This document shows, one piece after another, positions 63,479 to 64,000 of a stretch of DNA of 64,000 bases. Each line of letters starts with the position of its first letter. The stretch's first letter is position 1. The notes under the pieces were generated by a model, which saw only the letters and a list, made by a program, of their open reading frames with translations, searched no databases and was not told the DNA's origin. The translations under genes were made by a program, and so were the position numbers. Origin of the DNA: Acidimicrobiales bacterium (GTDB taxonomy: Bacteria; Actinomycetota; Acidimicrobiia; Acidimicrobiales; Aldehydirespiratoraceae); NCBI GenBank assembly GCA_033344915.1, contig JAWPML010000001.1, positions 3,032,369 through 3,096,368 of the forward strand, given 5' to 3'.

Positions 63479-63494
63479 TGTGACTTCGTTCACA
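63479..63494. promoter_or_regulatory. Perfect CRP/FNR-family consensus site TGTGA-N6-TCACA
   Basis: Read directly: TGTGActtcgtTCACA, extended to the 8+8 palindrome CATTGTGA/TCACAATG. It sits in an AT-richer patch about 155 nt upstream of the Rpf-like gene. A second TGTGA half-site is at 63507-63511. Confidence 0.55.
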
Positions 63495-63648
63495 ATGTTG
63501 CAATTGTGTGACGAACACCCTCTACCTTGTCCGTCGCTGAGGCGTCGGTGGTCGCCGCGCACCCCTGCCCACGACCAACGAGTCGTGTGACCGACCACCC
63601 GAGATCACGCCACGACACGGGCCATCGCCCGAGGAGGCAGCACCCCCC

Positions 63649-64000
63649 ATGCGTCGACGAATCCGCGTACTCGCGTTCGCCCTGACCGCCCTGTTCTTCA
63701 CCACCGCCTGCTCCCCCCAGGAGCTGGCGCTCTACCTCTCGTCCACCGAAGAGGTCCGCGACGTCCTGTCGAACGAAGAGCTCCACCGACTCCGCATGTG
63801 CGAGTCGACCGACAACTACGAGGCGATCTCGTCGAGTGGCACCTACCGCGGTGCCTACCAGTTCGACCAGACCACCTGGGACGGCGTCGCCGAACGCCAC
63901 TTCCCGTGGCTCGAGGGCCTCGACCCGATCACCGTCGAGCCCTGGTGGCAGGACGCGATGACGCGGGCGCTGTGGTCGGAGCGGGGCAAGCAGCCCTGGC
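63649..64000 (+). CDS. Resuscitation-promoting-factor-like transglycosylase lipoprotein (5' part; runs off the window)
   Basis: Not in the ORF track because there is no stop in the window. My own translation from the ATG at 63649 (RBS GAGGAGG at 63631-63637): MRRRIRVLAFALTALFFTTACSPQ...LRMCESTDNYEAISSSGTYRGAYQFDQTTWDGVA... This gives a lipobox plus the Rpf/transglycosylase-like core (CES...G.YQF...TW). Confidence 0.75.
   Translation, partial: MRRRIRVLAFALTALFFTTACSPQELALYLSSTEEVRDVLSNEELHRLRMCESTDNYEAISSSGTYRGAYQFDQTTWDGVAERHFPWLEGLDPITVEPWWQDAMTRALWSERGKQPW

Noticed and set aside
61511-63598. 695-aa minus-strand ORF
   Set aside because: It is antisense to hemY and the 268-aa gene. The composition is the Arg/Gly/Pro/Asp-rich shadow-ORF type.
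63495-63648. Possible c-di-AMP (ydaO-type) riboswitch in the long leader of the Rpf-like gene, as known for some actinobacterial rpf genes
   Set aside because: I could not find the conserved ydaO core strings I remember (ACCCA/GAAUCC/CCGA-CAGCUAACCUCGUAAGCG-like segments). A covariance-model search (Rfam ydaO-yuaA) would be decisive.

Overview
A 64 kb, very G+C-rich and densely coding chromosomal segment with genes on both strands and many 1-4 nt start/stop overlaps. GC content was judged by eye, not computed. The gene content suggests an actinobacterium (inference): a DUF222/HNH '13E12-type' gene behind a mycobacterial-type SOS box, an Rpf-like transglycosylase behind a perfect CRP site, HelD, Lhr, a Nei2-type glycosylase with a PEGDT N-terminus, and hemE-hemY. 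I support 51 protein-coding genes. Two run off the window edges and are missing from the ORF track. One, an ECF sigma factor, is only partly called because it has no ATG/GTG/TTG start. I found no rRNA, tRNA, CRISPR array, transposase or integrase. Many of the longest ORFs in the six-frame track are antisense or off-frame artefacts of the GC bias (Arg/Gly/Pro/Asp-rich translations), and several real genes needed their N-termini trimmed. The functional blocks are: (i) cell-envelope glycopolymer genes at both 1-3525 and 33200-43630, the second with two sulfotransferase-family genes, a Wzm/Wzt-type exporter and a chain of unassignable proteins; (ii) a translationally coupled pair of Rieske-fused flavoenzymes; (iii) two two-component systems, two paralogous MacB/FtsX-type ABC modules and a Zn-ribbon/cyclase/AAA/TPR giant; (iv) DNA repair and housekeeping genes (nei, lhr, helD, guaB, hemE, hemY); (v) a DtxR-family regulator beside an Fe(3+)-type ABC importer; (vi) an ECF sigma/anti-sigma pair. 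No canonical defence island or mobile element is evident. The best candidates for new biology are the Rieske pair and the sulfotransferase-containing glycan locus with its unknown proteins. Several small sequence-level signals are reported separately: an SOS box, a CRP box, dispersed palindromic repeats, tandem duplications at gene ends, and a hexamer inverted repeat.
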